The translations under genes and the position numbers were made by a program. The notes below the pieces were generated by a model, which had not been told where the DNA came from, ran no database searches, and saw nothing but the letters and a program-made list of their open reading frames with translations. A stretch of DNA of 64,000 nt. Origin: Nannocystales bacterium. GTDB taxonomy: Bacteria; Myxococcota_A; Polyangia; Nannocystales; Nannocystaceae. The stretch covers positions 62,314 to 126,313 of the forward strand of contig JBOEGF010000009.1 in assembly GCA_050633305.1 (NCBI GenBank). Direction: 5' to 3'. Numbering within the stretch: the stretch's first letter is position 1; each line of letters starts with the position of its first letter. Shown piece after piece: positions 8,822-19,557 of the stretch.

Positions 8822-9868
8822 CTACTGCCGTCCATTCGGGTTGTAGCTCATCCAGTTCAGCCCGTTGGAGCGGTTCACGAGATCGTTGTAGGCGCGGCTG
8901 ACCTTGTCTGGCGAGCCCTCGACCATCCATCCGGCGCTGCCTCCGAGGCGCTGGAGCTCCGACTTGGTGAAGGCCTTGTTGTCGCGCTTGCGGCGCATCA
9001 GCTCCTTGGATGCCTTGAGGTAGCTCTCCGCGGTGTCGATGAACGAGTCGAACATCATCACCGTGTCCGCTTCTGCCTCATTCGCTTTGACGTACTTGTC
9101 CGCTTCTTCGAGGGCAGCGTCGTAGGTCTTGAGCGCCTTGTCGAAGCGGTCCAGATCGAGCGCGTCGAGCGTGGGCGCATCTCCGGCGGCCATGAGCGCC
9201 TTCGCCTGGGCCATGACGTTGGCCTGTTGGAAGCGCAGCTTTCGACCCTCGTCCTTTTCGAGTTGTTCGAGACGCCGGGCCTGAAGCGCGTCGTTCTGTT
9301 CCCCGACCGCCTTGCGCAGCGCCTGGTCCGCGTCTTGGAATGTGGCGATCGCCTTGGCCAGCGGGTCGTGCATCTCCTTTCCCTTGGAGAACCCGTCGTC
9401 TTTGTAGTCGTCGTGGTCGTAGTACTCGTGAGCGTCGTGGATGAGCGGCTGCACGGCTTTGTAGGCCGCAAGCCACGCGTCGCCGGCCTTCTCGAGTCCT
9501 TCGTCATGGGGCTCGGACGCCTTCGCGGTTGCGATGCCCTCCACACAGGATGCGTTGAGTTCGTGGTCGTAGATCCCGTAGACGTTTCGCTCTTTCCCGG
9601 TGACACCCTTTTCGATGTCGACCCAGCTGGCGTAACGATCGGCCGCGTCGAGGATTGACGACGAGGGCCCGTTGATGCAGTCGATGTAGCCGTCCAGTTT
9701 GATGCCGAGCTTGTCGTCCTCGGTGAGCTCTGCATTGGCAGCCGCGTTGCTCGCTTCGCCGACAGCTTCGGCTCCTTTCTCCAACAGGTCGGTCACCTGG
9801 TCGCAGCCAGCAGCCGGGAGTGCGAGAATCGACAGGAGGGCGGAAGCGTAGATTCGTGGTCGGAGCAT
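8822..9868 (-). CDS. YiiG/DUF3829-like helical lipoprotein
   Basis: Lipobox AAGC; KLDGYIDCIN, YYDHDDYKDDGFSKGKEMH and YNDLV resemble DUF3829 (from recall). Confidence 0.7.
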   Translation of the reverse strand: MLRPRIYASALLSILALPAAGCDQVTDLLEKGAEAVGEASNAAANAELTEDDKLGIKLDGYIDCINGPSSSILDAADRYASWVDIEKGVTGKERNVYGIYDHELNASCVEGIATAKASEPHDEGLEKAGDAWLAAYKAVQPLIHDAHEYYDHDDYKDDGFSKGKEMHDPLAKAIATFQDADQALRKAVGEQNDALQARRLEQLEKDEGRKLRFQQANVMAQAKALMAAGDAPTLDALDLDRFDKALKTYDAALEEADKYVKANEAEADTVMMFDSFIDTAESYLKASKELMRRKRDNKAFTKSELQRLGGSAGWMVEGSPDKVSRAYNDLVNRSNGLNWMSYNPNGRQ

Positions 9869-9944
9869 GGCGAGTGCGCGGTTGGGACGGCAGGCAGTGT
9901 CCTACGATTCAGCGGAGCGCGGTACCGCACACCCCAGCGCCCAC

Positions 9945-9972
9945 AAAAAAAGGCCGCCGGGGGAGGCGGCCT
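9945..9972 (-). terminator. Rho-independent terminator after the thiolase
   Basis: Minus strand AGGCCGCC-loop-GGCGGCCT followed by a T run. Confidence 0.8.
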
Positions 9973-9998
9973 CTTGGGCGATACGCGCGAGCGTGCCG

Positions 9999-11153
9999 CT
10001 ACATTCGCTCGAAGATGCCGGCTGCACCCATGCCGCCGCCGATACACATCGTGACCATCGCGTAGCGGCCCTGACGCCGGTGCAGCTCGTGGACCGCTGT
10101 GGCGGTGAGCTTGGCTCCGGTGCACCCCAGGGGGTGCCCGAGCGAGATCGCGCCGCCGCTGGGGTTGACCTTGTCCATGTCGAGCCCGAGCTTGCGGATG
10201 ACCGCCAGCGACTGGGCCGCGAACGCCTCGTTGAGCTCGAAGACGTCGATGTCGCCGAGCGTGAGGCCGGTCTGCTTGAGGACCTTGGGAATGGCCTCGA
10301 TCGGACCGATGCCCATCACGTCCGGCGCGACGCCAGCGACGGCGAAGCCGACGAACCGGGCAAGTGGGGTGAGGCCAAGCTCTTCGGCCTTGGCTTTGCT
10401 CATCACGACCGACGCCGCTGCGGCATCGTTCATCTGCGAGCTGTTTCCGGCGGTGACGCTCCCCTTCACATGGAAGGCAGGTCGCAGCTTGGCGAGTGCC
10501 TCGATGCTGGTATCGGCACGGGGCCCTTCATCGACCTGGTGCGTCTTGCCTTCAGCAGTGGTGATCGGGACGATCTCGTCGGTGAACTTGCCCGCTTCAA
10601 TCGCTGCAACCGCGCGCTTGTGGCTCTCGATCGAGAACGCGTCTTGGTCTTCGCGGCTGATCTCGAACCGCTGCGCCACGTTCTCCGCGGTGATCCCCAT
10701 CGAGATGTAGTACTCGGGGTGGTTCTTGACGAGGTCGAGGCTGAGCGAGGCCTTGTTGCCGCCCATCGGCACCATGCTCATCGACTCGACGCCGCCACCG
10801 ATTCCGCAGTCGATCACGCCCAGCTGGACGCGCTCGGCCACGGTGGCGATCGCCTGCAAACCGGAGCTGCAGAAGCGGTTGATGGTGATCGCGGAGCTGG
10901 AGTCGGGCAAGCCTGCGCCCAGCCCGATCATGCGCGCGATGTTGAGGCCTTGCTCGGCCTCGGGCATGGCGCAGCCCATGACCACGTCGTCGACGATCTC
11001 CTTGGGGAAGTTGTCGCCGAGCGAGGCGAGGACGGTCTTGAGCATCTCGATGGAGAAATCATCGGGACGCGTGTTTCGCAGGACGCCTTTGCCGGCTTTG
11101 CCGACGGCGGTGCGACGGGTTGCAACGAGAACGGCTTCTTGGAATTGAGGCAT
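9999..11153 (-). CDS. fadA: Acetyl-CoA C-acyltransferase (3-ketoacyl-CoA thiolase)
   Basis: [30 protein letters not shown] motifs. Confidence 0.95.
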   Translation of the reverse strand: MPQFQEAVLVATRRTAVGKAGKGVLRNTRPDDFSIEMLKTVLASLGDNFPKEIVDDVVMGCAMPEAEQGLNIARMIGLGAGLPDSSSAITINRFCSSGLQAIATVAERVQLGVIDCGIGGGVESMSMVPMGGNKASLSLDLVKNHPEYYISMGITAENVAQRFEISREDQDAFSIESHKRAVAAIEAGKFTDEIVPITTAEGKTHQVDEGPRADTSIEALAKLRPAFHVKGSVTAGNSSQMNDAAAASVVMSKAKAEELGLTPLARFVGFAVAGVAPDVMGIGPIEAIPKVLKQTGLTLGDIDVFELNEAFAAQSLAVIRKLGLDMDKVNPSGGAISLGHPLGCTGAKLTATAVHELHRRQGRYAMVTMCIGGGMGAAGIFERM

Positions 11154-11186
11154 GGTCTTCGGTTCCTTTCGTGTTCGCGTTGTCGG

Positions 11187-13616
11187 CTAGTTCCGCAGAG
11201 GTTTGCCGGTCGAGAGCATGGCGGCCATGCGGTCTTTCGTCTTTTGTGTGCCGCACAGGCTGACGAAGGCCTCGCGCTCGAGGTCGAGGATGTCCTGCGC
11301 CGTCTTGGGGGCGCCGGTGGCCTCCATGCCGCCCGAGAGCACGTGGGCGATCTTCTGCGCGACGAGTTGGTCGTGCTCCGATGCGTAGCCTCCCCAGGCG
11401 AACGTTTGCGCGCCCATCAGGAAGCTGGAGCCGCGCGATGCACCGATGACGTTGAGCAGCGCGTTGCGATCCGGTGGCACGAACCCTGCCTCGGCCAACC
11501 CGATCGCCTTCTTCTTGGCTTCGGCGATGACGCGGTTCTTGTTGAAGACGATGGTCTGGTCGGCGGCGATGAAACCGCCGGCTTTCGCCTCGTCGGCGCT
11601 CGTGGCCACAGTGGCCGCGGCTGCGGCTTCGAACCCACGACGAACCCAGGGGTAGGGGTCGCCGTCGGGCACTTGGGCGGACCACTCGCTGGCGCGGCGG
11701 ACGATCTCCTTGAGGCCACCCCCGGCCGGCAGCACACCGACGCCGATCTCGACCAGCCCGATGTAGCTCTCGGCTGCGGCCACGGTGGCGTTGCCGTGCA
11801 TCACGGTCTCGCAGCCGCCACCGAGCGCCATACCGTGCGGTGCGGTCACCACTGGGACGGTGCTGTGCCGCACCGTCATCAACGCCTGTTGCAGGTCGTT
11901 GACCGCCTTCTCCAGTTCGTCCCACTTGCTCTGCCCGGCGAGCGCCAGGATCGCGAACAGGTTGGCGCCGACGCAGAAGTTCTCGCCGTTGTTGCCGATG
12001 ACGACACCCCGGATGCCGCGCTTCTCAGCGTCGGTCACCGCGTTGACCATCATGTTGCCGATGCCGTCATCGAGCGCGTTCATCTTGGAGTGGAACTCCA
12101 CGCACGCGATGCCGTCGCCCAGGTCGACGAGGCTGGCGGAGGGGTTGCTCTCGATGACCTTGCCCTGCTCCTTGAGCGCGGACAGGATGAGGATGCCTTC
12201 GGGCTGCGGCACAGCCTCGTGGGCCTTGCGCTCGGCGATGAACATCGTGCGCTCGGCTTGCGGACCGGCGTACCAGGTGGCGTCGTCACCCCCGGCGGCC
12301 AGCAGAGCCTTGGCTGCAGGCGCGACCTCGATGCCCATGCCTTCGAGCTGCTCGACCGCCCACTTGACGCCGACGGCGTCCCACATGGCAAACGGGCCTT
12401 GCTCCCAGCCGTAGCCCCACTTCATCGCGTCGTCCATCTCCTTGGGACCATCGCTGATCTCGCCGAGGCGGTTGGCGGAGTAGTTAAACAGCGGCAGGTA
12501 TACCTTGCGCAGGAAGTCGCCGGCGCGCCCCTCGAGGCGGATCGCATCGTGGATGCGCTTCTGCCAGGACTGCTTCTTGATCTTGTCGACCTCGGGGAAC
12601 TTGGCTTTGACCTTGTCCCGGTACTCGAGCGTGCCCAGATCGAGGGCCAGGACCTTGCGCTTGCCTTTTTCGTCCTTGGTCTTCTTGTAGAAGCCCTGCT
12701 TGGTCTTGTCGCCCTTCATCCCCTTTTCGAACATCTGCTCGATCTTGGGGTGCACGACCATCTGCTCGTGCATCTCGTCGTAGTTGGCGGCCGACTTGTC
12801 GCTGCTGGTGGCCTTCTTGAGGTTGCCGATGACCAGGGCAGCCACGTCGATGCCGACGAGGTCGCCCAGGCGGAAGCTGCCCATCTTGGGGCGGCACATG
12901 AGCTTGCCGTTGAGCAGGTCGACCTCTTCGACCGTGTATCCACCCTCAAAGGTGGTCCCGAAGGTCAGCAGCATCTCGGCGATGCCGATCCGGTTGCCGA
13001 TGAAGTTGGGGGTGTCCCGGCAGGGCACGATGCCCTTGCCGAGCACGTGGTCCCCGAACGTGGACAGATCGGCAGCGACGGCGGGGTCGGTGTACTCCGA
13101 GCTCACGACCTCGAGCAGGTGCATGTACCGAGGGGGGTTGAAGAAGTGCATACCCACCACGCGCTTGCGGGCGGCCTCGGGCAGGTCCTCTGCGATCGAG
13201 CCCACGGGCAGACCCGAGGTGTTGGTCGCGAGCACGGCGTGCTCGGGTGCGGCCTTGGCGATGCGGTCGAACAGCGGCTTCTTGATGTCGAGCCGCTCGA
13301 TCACGGCCTCGAGGATCAAGTCGGACTCGGCGACGGCGGTCTCGAGGTCGTCGTCGATGTTGCCCGCGGTGATGCGGCCGGCGAAACCCTTGTGCATGTA
13401 GGGTGCCGGCTTGCTCTTGAGCATCTGTTTCATCGCGCCCAGGGCAAACGCGTTGCGCGTGGCCGCCGGGGCGTCCTTGTCGACGCCCTTGGGAACGATG
13501 TCCAACAGGTGGGTACGGATGCCGGCGTTGGCGAACTGGGCCGCGATTTGGGCGCCCATCGTGCCAGCGCCGATCACGGTCGCGACCAGCTCGTGCGGGG
13601 GACGGTTGAGACTCAC
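11187..13616 (-). CDS. fadN: 3-hydroxyacyl-CoA dehydrogenase/enoyl-CoA hydratase, FadN-type (dehydrogenase N-terminal)
   Basis: GAGTMG, TNTSGL, GMHFFNPPRYM; C-terminal crotonase FCVGANL, ALGGGCE, GLVEIGVG; co-oriented with the thiolase. Confidence 0.9.
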   Translation of the reverse strand: MSLNRPPHELVATVIGAGTMGAQIAAQFANAGIRTHLLDIVPKGVDKDAPAATRNAFALGAMKQMLKSKPAPYMHKGFAGRITAGNIDDDLETAVAESDLILEAVIERLDIKKPLFDRIAKAAPEHAVLATNTSGLPVGSIAEDLPEAARKRVVGMHFFNPPRYMHLLEVVSSEYTDPAVAADLSTFGDHVLGKGIVPCRDTPNFIGNRIGIAEMLLTFGTTFEGGYTVEEVDLLNGKLMCRPKMGSFRLGDLVGIDVAALVIGNLKKATSSDKSAANYDEMHEQMVVHPKIEQMFEKGMKGDKTKQGFYKKTKDEKGKRKVLALDLGTLEYRDKVKAKFPEVDKIKKQSWQKRIHDAIRLEGRAGDFLRKVYLPLFNYSANRLGEISDGPKEMDDAMKWGYGWEQGPFAMWDAVGVKWAVEQLEGMGIEVAPAAKALLAAGGDDATWYAGPQAERTMFIAERKAHEAVPQPEGILILSALKEQGKVIESNPSASLVDLGDGIACVEFHSKMNALDDGIGNMMVNAVTDAEKRGIRGVVIGNNGENFCVGANLFAILALAGQSKWDELEKAVNDLQQALMTVRHSTVPVVTAPHGMALGGGCETVMHGNATVAAAESYIGLVEIGVGVLPAGGGLKEIVRRASEWSAQVPDGDPYPWVRRGFEAAAAATVATSADEAKAGGFIAADQTIVFNKNRVIAEAKKKAIGLAEAGFVPPDRNALLNVIGASRGSSFLMGAQTFAWGGYASEHDQLVAQKIAHVLSGGMEATGAPKTAQDILDLEREAFVSLCGTQKTKDRMAAMLSTGKPLRN

Positions 13617-13838
13617 GGCGCGGAGGGTAGCGCTGCCGCCCGGGACGGCTCTAGGGGGATCAGGGCACCGCGGCCCTGCCGTTTTGCAGCGGGTGGGGCT
13701 CTCGCAGGATATGTGGCCCGGAGTCCCCTGAAATTACAGGACATGTGGTCGATTTGTGCGGCCCTCCGATCCCGGTGCCGCGAGGAGCGTCAACCCCAAT
13801 CCGGACCCGGGCTCGGCGGTACGGGCGCCTGGGCCGGC

Positions 13839-15035
13839 TTACTCGCAGACGGACTCGAGCAGGCCGAACTCGCTGAGCAGCTCTGTGTAGTCCTCGATTC
13901 GCCGTCCGCCCAACGGGTCGTCGAACTGCACGAAGAAGCGACGGTCGAGTTCGATGCCCGCGGATTCATAGGCTTCGGAGTCCGAATCGGTGTTGCCGAA
14001 GGCGAACGCGGGGACGAGTCCTCGGTCGGCCAACGCCGCGAGCTGACCGCTCTTGTACGCGACCGCGTCGTCGCCGAGTGCTCCGGTGGCCGACTGCGTC
14101 GTTCGGACGATCCCCGGGGGCAGCCCATGCTCGACCAAGAACTCATCGGTCCGCTTGGCGAGGAACTCGGGTCGGGCGGTCAAGTACATCGGCCGGTATC
14201 CGAGGTCCACGAGGAGCTGGAACGCATCCGTCGCGCCCGCGTTGATGTCGGGGACGGTGTCGAGGAGCAGGTCGATGAACCGCTCAAACTCGAACGTCGT
14301 CAGCGTGCCGTCGATGTCCGAGAGAAACATCGGGGTCCCCGGCTCGACCACTTCGATGATCGTATCGGCCCTGGAGCCGTCGCCCCGCACGACCATGTGG
14401 ATCCGGTGGCGTCCCAGGGGGAGGGGCTCGGGCAGCTCGAAGTAGACCCAACCTCCGGAGTCGACAACCCCGTGGATCGTGGGGTGGTCACCATCGTCGG
14501 TGGTGAACACCGAACCCAGTGGCTCGAACTCTCCTTCGCATCCCTCGAGCAGGAACAGGTCGACTTGCTCACCGGCCAGGTCCCAGTCGGTGGGGCCGTA
14601 GGCGAACTTGGCCATGACCCATTGCCACTCGTCGGGATTGTAGAACATGTCGTACCCGCGGTGCCGCTCGGAGCCGGACGCGGTGAGGACCGAGGACTGT
14701 GTCCGCTCCCAGTCCAACTCGGGCCCCGCGTTGGGCAGCGGTGCTTCGCACGTGGGGATTGGTTCGCATTGCATGGGCCCGTCGGTCTCCTGGACGCCCG
14801 ACTCCGACGACGCATCGCCCGACGTCGAGCCCTCGCCAGGGGTCGGGTCAGTGGTCGAGGAGCCGGATAGGGTCGTGGCCGAACCGGTGGATGCTGTCGA
14901 GGGCGGGGAACTGTCGGTCGTCGTCGAGCCAGACGACGCACTGCCGCCATTGGCCGAGGTGCCTTCCGTGTCGTCCGCACACCCGGCCAGGGCGACGACA
15001 ACGGCGAGGGCACTTCGGGTCACGCGGAAGTCCAT
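13839..15035 (-). CDS. Lipoprotein with LNS2/lipin-like HAD phosphatase domain
   Basis: Lipobox LAGC, Ser/Thr linker, SDIDGTLT, YLTARP, YKSG, AFGNTDSD. ATG 15035 chosen (TATCCT 5 nt upstream). Confidence 0.8.
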   Translation of the reverse strand: MDFRVTRSALAVVVALAGCADDTEGTSANGGSASSGSTTTDSSPPSTASTGSATTLSGSSTTDPTPGEGSTSGDASSESGVQETDGPMQCEPIPTCEAPLPNAGPELDWERTQSSVLTASGSERHRGYDMFYNPDEWQWVMAKFAYGPTDWDLAGEQVDLFLLEGCEGEFEPLGSVFTTDDGDHPTIHGVVDSGGWVYFELPEPLPLGRHRIHMVVRGDGSRADTIIEVVEPGTPMFLSDIDGTLTTFEFERFIDLLLDTVPDINAGATDAFQLLVDLGYRPMYLTARPEFLAKRTDEFLVEHGLPPGIVRTTQSATGALGDDAVAYKSGQLAALADRGLVPAFAFGNTDSDSEAYESAGIELDRRFFVQFDDPLGGRRIEDYTELLSEFGLLESVCE

Positions 15036-15169
15036 GCCGAAGGATACTGACAACAGTCTCACTTTGTCGGACATCGATTTTGGGGCGGGATGCCACGGGC
15101 GCGCAACTGCACCGTAGGGGAATCACATGCAATTTGGGTGAGCGGTGCTACCGTGAAACAGTACGAAGT

Positions 15170-17749
15170 ATGGATGGCCGGACCCCCCTGAAGCTGCGTG
15201 TAGGCAGCCTTGGGCTCTGGGCCCTGATGGGCTTGGTGCTCACGGCATCGCCCAGTCCCTCCGATGCGCACGAGGATTCACTCGTCCGCGGGGGCCAAGG
15301 ATCCGGTCCGTCCGACCCGAATCCGGCCGGCTCCGATGGATCGCAGCCGTCCTCGACAGACGCCGCTTCTGGTGACCCTTCGCTGTCCGCCGAGACGCCA
15401 TTGGTCGGACTCGACGGAGCGGCGACTGCGCTGGCGATCCGTGACGTCGGGGTAGCGCTTCAACTGTGCCAAGGGGAGTCGGGCGAGACGGGCTCCGACA
15501 CATGGTTCCGCGTAGAAGCGTTGCGGGGCCGGGCGCTTCGGCTTGCAAGCAAGCCCGCCGAGGCTGTGGCCACGCTCGAGCCGGTGTGGTCCCACAAGCA
15601 TCTGCGCAAGTCGTTCCCCGCCGACGCGTTGGGTATGGAACTCGCTCGGTCGCAGCTCGCTGCTGCCGATGGGCTGGAGCCAGAGGCCGCCGACACGCTG
15701 CGCCGGGACGCCGCAAAGGTGCTCGGCAAAGTCCGCAAGATGTCGCCGATCCGCAACTACGCCGAGGTTCGGGTTCTCGAGGCGCGAGCGATGGCGGCGA
15801 TCGTTGGCACCGACTCCAAGTCGACCGTGCTCGCCGGACGCAAGGCCGTCTCAGCGCTCGACCGGATCATCCGCGACTACCCCAAGCACCCGGACATCGG
15901 TTGGCTTCAGCTCGAGCGGGCACAGGCCCAGGTTCGTGCGGGCAAGCCCACCGATGCGGCGGTCTCACTGCGGGCTCTGCACATTGCACGGGCGGGTGAG
16001 CCGGAGGCAAAGGCAGCTTGGGAAGAACTGGAGTCCTTGGCCGAGCGCTTCGACCGCGTGCGCGCCAAGCCGCTGTCGGTCACGGAGCAGCTCGATCGGG
16101 CGATGTCTGCGCGACGTCTTCGGTGGGTCGACCTGTCCCGAGAGATCCTCGACGATGTGATCGATACGACCACGTCCAAGTCGTTGCGGACCCAGGCCCG
16201 GTCTTCGCGGGCGTACACGGCCTACAAGCAGCGGGAGTTCGGCCAGTGCGCCGACGACTTGCGACCGTCCTTCGAAGCCACGGGCTCCATCGATACGCGG
16301 GGCCGTCTACTGCGCTGTCTCGAACGCGGTGCCATGTACGACGAAGCGCTGCAGATCTACGACGACGCTGCGAAGAGCAAGAAGAAGTGGTCGCGGATCA
16401 GCGCGTTGTGGGACGCGACGATGTTGGCCGTCCGCGCTGGCAAGTACGAGCGGGCGGAAGGATTCCTCAAGCGTTACGAAAAGGAGACGGCTGGCAACCG
16501 TCAGACCCGCGTGTGGCTGCACGCGTGGCTTCCGATGCGCTTGGGCCGAGTCGACGAAGCCATTGCGGGGTTCGAGGCCGCCGAGCGCTACTCGACCGAC
16601 CGAACCCGGGCTCGATACTTTCGCGCCAAGCTGATGCTAGCGGGGTCCGACGCCTCGGCGCGGCTCGAGGGCGAGGCGATGCTCACCGAGATCATCGATC
16701 ACTCTCCACTATCGTATTACGCGTTGATGGCCCGGCAGCGCTTGCTGGACGCCGGTCGGACCGTGCCTCCCGCGCCCTCCCTCGAGCCCAACCGCGGCGA
16801 GCCCGTTCACCCCACGCGCCCCGAGGTTGCAGCGACCCTCGCCGAACTCGACGGCAGCTTCGGCGACGCGTGGCCCGAGATTCGTCGTGCGCGACAGCTT
16901 TATAACGCGGGCTATCTCGAAGAGGCTCGACGGGAGCTCCGGGTTGCCGTGCAGGCGTATGAGACGCGAGGCAAGAAGGCCGGTGGTGTCCGCAACGAGT
17001 CCTTCCTGGTCGGTCTGGGGTGGAAGCCCGATTGGAGCTATCCCCGGATTCGGCCCACCCGCGACGGCATGCGCACGCTTCGCAGCAAGGAAGACTCGGC
17101 GACGCTTGCGTCGGGGTTCCGCGAGCTGGCGCGTGGGTTCGACGAGCCCTATCGTTTTGCCAAACTCAGCACCTCAGCCGACGGTGCGTACAAGGCTCGG
17201 TGGCACCCCCGCGCGTTTCGGGCCGCTGTCGAACGAGAGGCTCGGCACTTCGAGATCGACCCCATCCACATGTGGTCGCTGATGTACACCGAGTCGCGCT
17301 TCCGCCGATTTGTCGTCTCGCCAGTGGGTGCTCGTGGCGCACTGCAGATCATGCCCTGGACCGCACAGCAACTCGCCGAGCGGCTCGGTGAAGTCGAGCC
17401 CGGCGGCTCCTTCGATGACGACACGTTGTTCGACATCGACACCAATGCCCATTTGGCCGGCTACTACGTGGCCGAGCTTCTCAAGAAGTTCCATGGCCAA
17501 GCGCCGATGGCCTACGCCAGCTACAACGGGGGTCCATCCAACGTGCAGCGTTGGCTCGAAGCCAAGGCCAAGAGCGAGGTCCCGCTGGAACGCGATGTCT
17601 TCGTCGAGGAGATCGCGTTCCGCGAGAGCTACCGCTACGCCAAGCGGGTCACCGAGGTCTCGGCTGCGTACGCGCTGATGTACAAGGGCGAGTTCCCGCG
17701 CTGGACCAACGAGATCGACGCCGACGTCGAAGACAACATCGCGTTCTAG
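15170..17749 (+). CDS. Soluble lytic transglycosylase (Slt70-like, helical repeats + SLT domain)
   Basis: Signal peptide, long helical region, PLSYYAL, YTESRF (catalytic Glu), GALQIMP, ASYNGG, EEIAFRESYRYAKRV; start approximate. Confidence 0.9.
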   Translation: MDGRTPLKLRVGSLGLWALMGLVLTASPSPSDAHEDSLVRGGQGSGPSDPNPAGSDGSQPSSTDAASGDPSLSAETPLVGLDGAATALAIRDVGVALQLCQGESGETGSDTWFRVEALRGRALRLASKPAEAVATLEPVWSHKHLRKSFPADALGMELARSQLAAADGLEPEAADTLRRDAAKVLGKVRKMSPIRNYAEVRVLEARAMAAIVGTDSKSTVLAGRKAVSALDRIIRDYPKHPDIGWLQLERAQAQVRAGKPTDAAVSLRALHIARAGEPEAKAAWEELESLAERFDRVRAKPLSVTEQLDRAMSARRLRWVDLSREILDDVIDTTTSKSLRTQARSSRAYTAYKQREFGQCADDLRPSFEATGSIDTRGRLLRCLERGAMYDEALQIYDDAAKSKKKWSRISALWDATMLAVRAGKYERAEGFLKRYEKETAGNRQTRVWLHAWLPMRLGRVDEAIAGFEAAERYSTDRTRARYFRAKLMLAGSDASARLEGEAMLTEIIDHSPLSYYALMARQRLLDAGRTVPPAPSLEPNRGEPVHPTRPEVAATLAELDGSFGDAWPEIRRARQLYNAGYLEEARRELRVAVQAYETRGKKAGGVRNESFLVGLGWKPDWSYPRIRPTRDGMRTLRSKEDSATLASGFRELARGFDEPYRFAKLSTSADGAYKARWHPRAFRAAVEREARHFEIDPIHMWSLMYTESRFRRFVVSPVGARGALQIMPWTAQQLAERLGEVEPGGSFDDDTLFDIDTNAHLAGYYVAELLKKFHGQAPMAYASYNGGPSNVQRWLEAKAKSEVPLERDVFVEEIAFRESYRYAKRVTEVSAAYALMYKGEFPRWTNEIDADVEDNIAF

Positions 17750-17785
17750 CCTTCGCAGACGGCCTGCGGTCGGTCGCCAGCCGAC

Positions 17786-18661
17786 TCAGTCCGCGATCGG
17801 GATTGCGTAGTGCATGACCGAGTCCGGTCCCTCGGCGCTCCATTGCGGACCATAGAGTTCGAGGTCCGGCCCCCACGTGTGTCGGTGTCCGGAGCGCGCG
17901 AGCCAGGTCGCGTAGATGTAGTCGACGGTCTTGTCGATCGTCTTGGCGTACCCACGGTGCTCGAACACCGCGTAGCGTCCGCCCGGAACCTCCAAACTCT
18001 GCATGTCGGTGGGGACCGCGGTGTCGCCCTCCACCCCGGCGGCCGCAAAATACTCCAGTCGGTCCGGGTCCTCGAGGTCCGGCCGCACGATGCCGTAGTA
18101 GGGAAACGGGACCCTGTTTTGGACCTCGTCGTGACGGGCCATGAACGCGTCCCACAGCTGCGGCAGCGTCTCACCCAGGTTGTTCTTCTCGGATCCGACG
18201 CCGTAGAAGACCGTCCGCATTCCGATCACGGCGGTCGCGGCTCGCGAGACGAGCGTGGGCTCCCGCGAGACGGCTTGGCTGACGTGCTGAAGGTACGCCT
18301 CGTCGAATCGGACCTTCTTCAGAAACAGATTGCCATGCCCCAGTGCGCGGTACTCCGTCGGGGTCATCCGGAAGGCTTTCTTGAACGCCCGCGCGAATGC
18401 TTCCTGACTTTCGAACCCGGCCGCGAGCGCGATGTCGAGAATGCGGCGGTCCGTGGTGAGCAACAGATCCAGCGCGTTGGCCATGCGTCGTGATCGAACG
18501 TAGGTTTTGAGGGTCTCGCCGGTGAGCGCCTTGAAAATGCGCTGGAAGTGCGCATGGCTGATGCCCGCCGCCTTGGACACCTGGCGCAACTCGATGTTTT
18601 CGTCCAGCCGCGCCTCGATGAAGTCGACCCCGCGCTGAATCTGTTGCAGGTATCCGCTCAC
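17786..18661 (-). CDS. AraC-family regulator with GyrI-like effector domain
   Basis: HFQRIFK, IALAAGFESQEAFARAFKK, C-terminal GGRYAVFEH..YIYATWL..GPDLELY. Confidence 0.92.
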   Translation of the reverse strand: MSGYLQQIQRGVDFIEARLDENIELRQVSKAAGISHAHFQRIFKALTGETLKTYVRSRRMANALDLLLTTDRRILDIALAAGFESQEAFARAFKKAFRMTPTEYRALGHGNLFLKKVRFDEAYLQHVSQAVSREPTLVSRAATAVIGMRTVFYGVGSEKNNLGETLPQLWDAFMARHDEVQNRVPFPYYGIVRPDLEDPDRLEYFAAAGVEGDTAVPTDMQSLEVPGGRYAVFEHRGYAKTIDKTVDYIYATWLARSGHRHTWGPDLELYGPQWSAEGPDSVMHYAIPIAD

Positions 18662-19032
18662 GGTTGCTCTGGAGTTTCGAAGAACCCGGTCATGGTGCGG
18701 ACCTTCCCACTATCGCTGTACTCGCCGTAGGAAATCCCGGTTCCCAACACGGAACCATCTCCGCCGACCATGTTCCACGATGCCACGGAGCGGCCGTTAT
18801 GAGCCTTGAAGTCGGTGGTCACGAAGTGTCCACCGGGGACCTGCTGATGAAACTCGACCATGTACTCGACCAGCGCATCCCACCCTTTTCGCTGGGTGAT
18901 CGGGTCGGTGTAGACGCATCCATCGTCGAGGGCTTGGGCGCACGCGCTGCGCTTTGCCTGTGGGCCGGTGAGCTTCCAGATCGCGGCGTAGGCTTCCCAG
19001 GCGGTGCGGGCTTCGGGTTGTGTCATCGTCAT
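18658..19032 (-). CDS. SnoaL/NTF2-like protein
   Basis: YAAIW..CVYTDP..G..ALVEYM..MTGFF pattern; overlaps the AraC start. Confidence 0.8.
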   Translation of the reverse strand: MTMTQPEARTAWEAYAAIWKLTGPQAKRSACAQALDDGCVYTDPITQRKGWDALVEYMVEFHQQVPGGHFVTTDFKAHNGRSVASWNMVGGDGSVLGTGISYGEYSDSGKVRTMTGFFETPEQP

Positions 19033-19125
19033 GAATGAACCGTAGGCGGCTTCGCCATCGGACTTCTGACCGTTTGTGCTTTTCTCGTGGTGCCGACTTC
19101 AGGTTCCGGGCTTACTCTGAGGCCC

Positions 19126-19554
19126 ATGGCTGAGCTCGCACGTGCGGCGGTTCGAGTGTTGCTGTTGCTGACGGGCCTCATGGGCGTGTTGACTCTGGCC
19201 TCTGGCATCGTGGAAGCGTTCGTGCTCGCCGGTTCTCCCGCGAGCGCGGCGGTCGCGCTGGGTCTGATGCCGTTGGCGACCTGGATGGGTTGGCGGACCG
19301 CCGTCAGCTCTGCTGAGTTCATGCGGTGGTTGGTCCGCGGTACGGTGGGCTTGGCGGTCATCAGTGCTCTGACCTCATTGGTCGGGCTGAGCTGGCCGGT
19401 GGTCATGGCTGTGGTGACGGGTACGGCGGTGGTCGACTTTGCCCCGCTGCAGGGCGTCGCGGAGGTTGGCGGCGTTGGGATCTGCATCTCGGCGGTCTTG
19501 CTGGGGGTCATCGCCGCGGCCGTACTCTGGGATGAGCCCCCCGAGATCCGGTAG
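19126..19554 (+). CDS. Hypothetical membrane protein (about 4 TM)
   Basis: Strongly hydrophobic ORF; TACTCT 7 nt before ATG. Confidence 0.55.
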   Translation: MAELARAAVRVLLLLTGLMGVLTLASGIVEAFVLAGSPASAAVALGLMPLATWMGWRTAVSSAEFMRWLVRGTVGLAVISALTSLVGLSWPVVMAVVTGTAVVDFAPLQGVAEVGGVGICISAVLLGVIAAAVLWDEPPEIR

Positions 19555-19557
19555 TGG

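Noticed and set aside
9867..14870. 1667-aa plus-strand ORF
   Set aside because: Antisense shadow of fadA, fadN and the LNS2 gene; long stop-free reverse frames are expected at high GC3; no motifs.
14699..15169. Long N-terminal extensions given by the ORF track (also 20329-20520, 33230-33646, 35337-35561, 51724-52035, 52635-53420)
   Set aside because: They overlap neighbouring genes or promoters and precede the recognisable domain or signal peptide; downstream starts were chosen.
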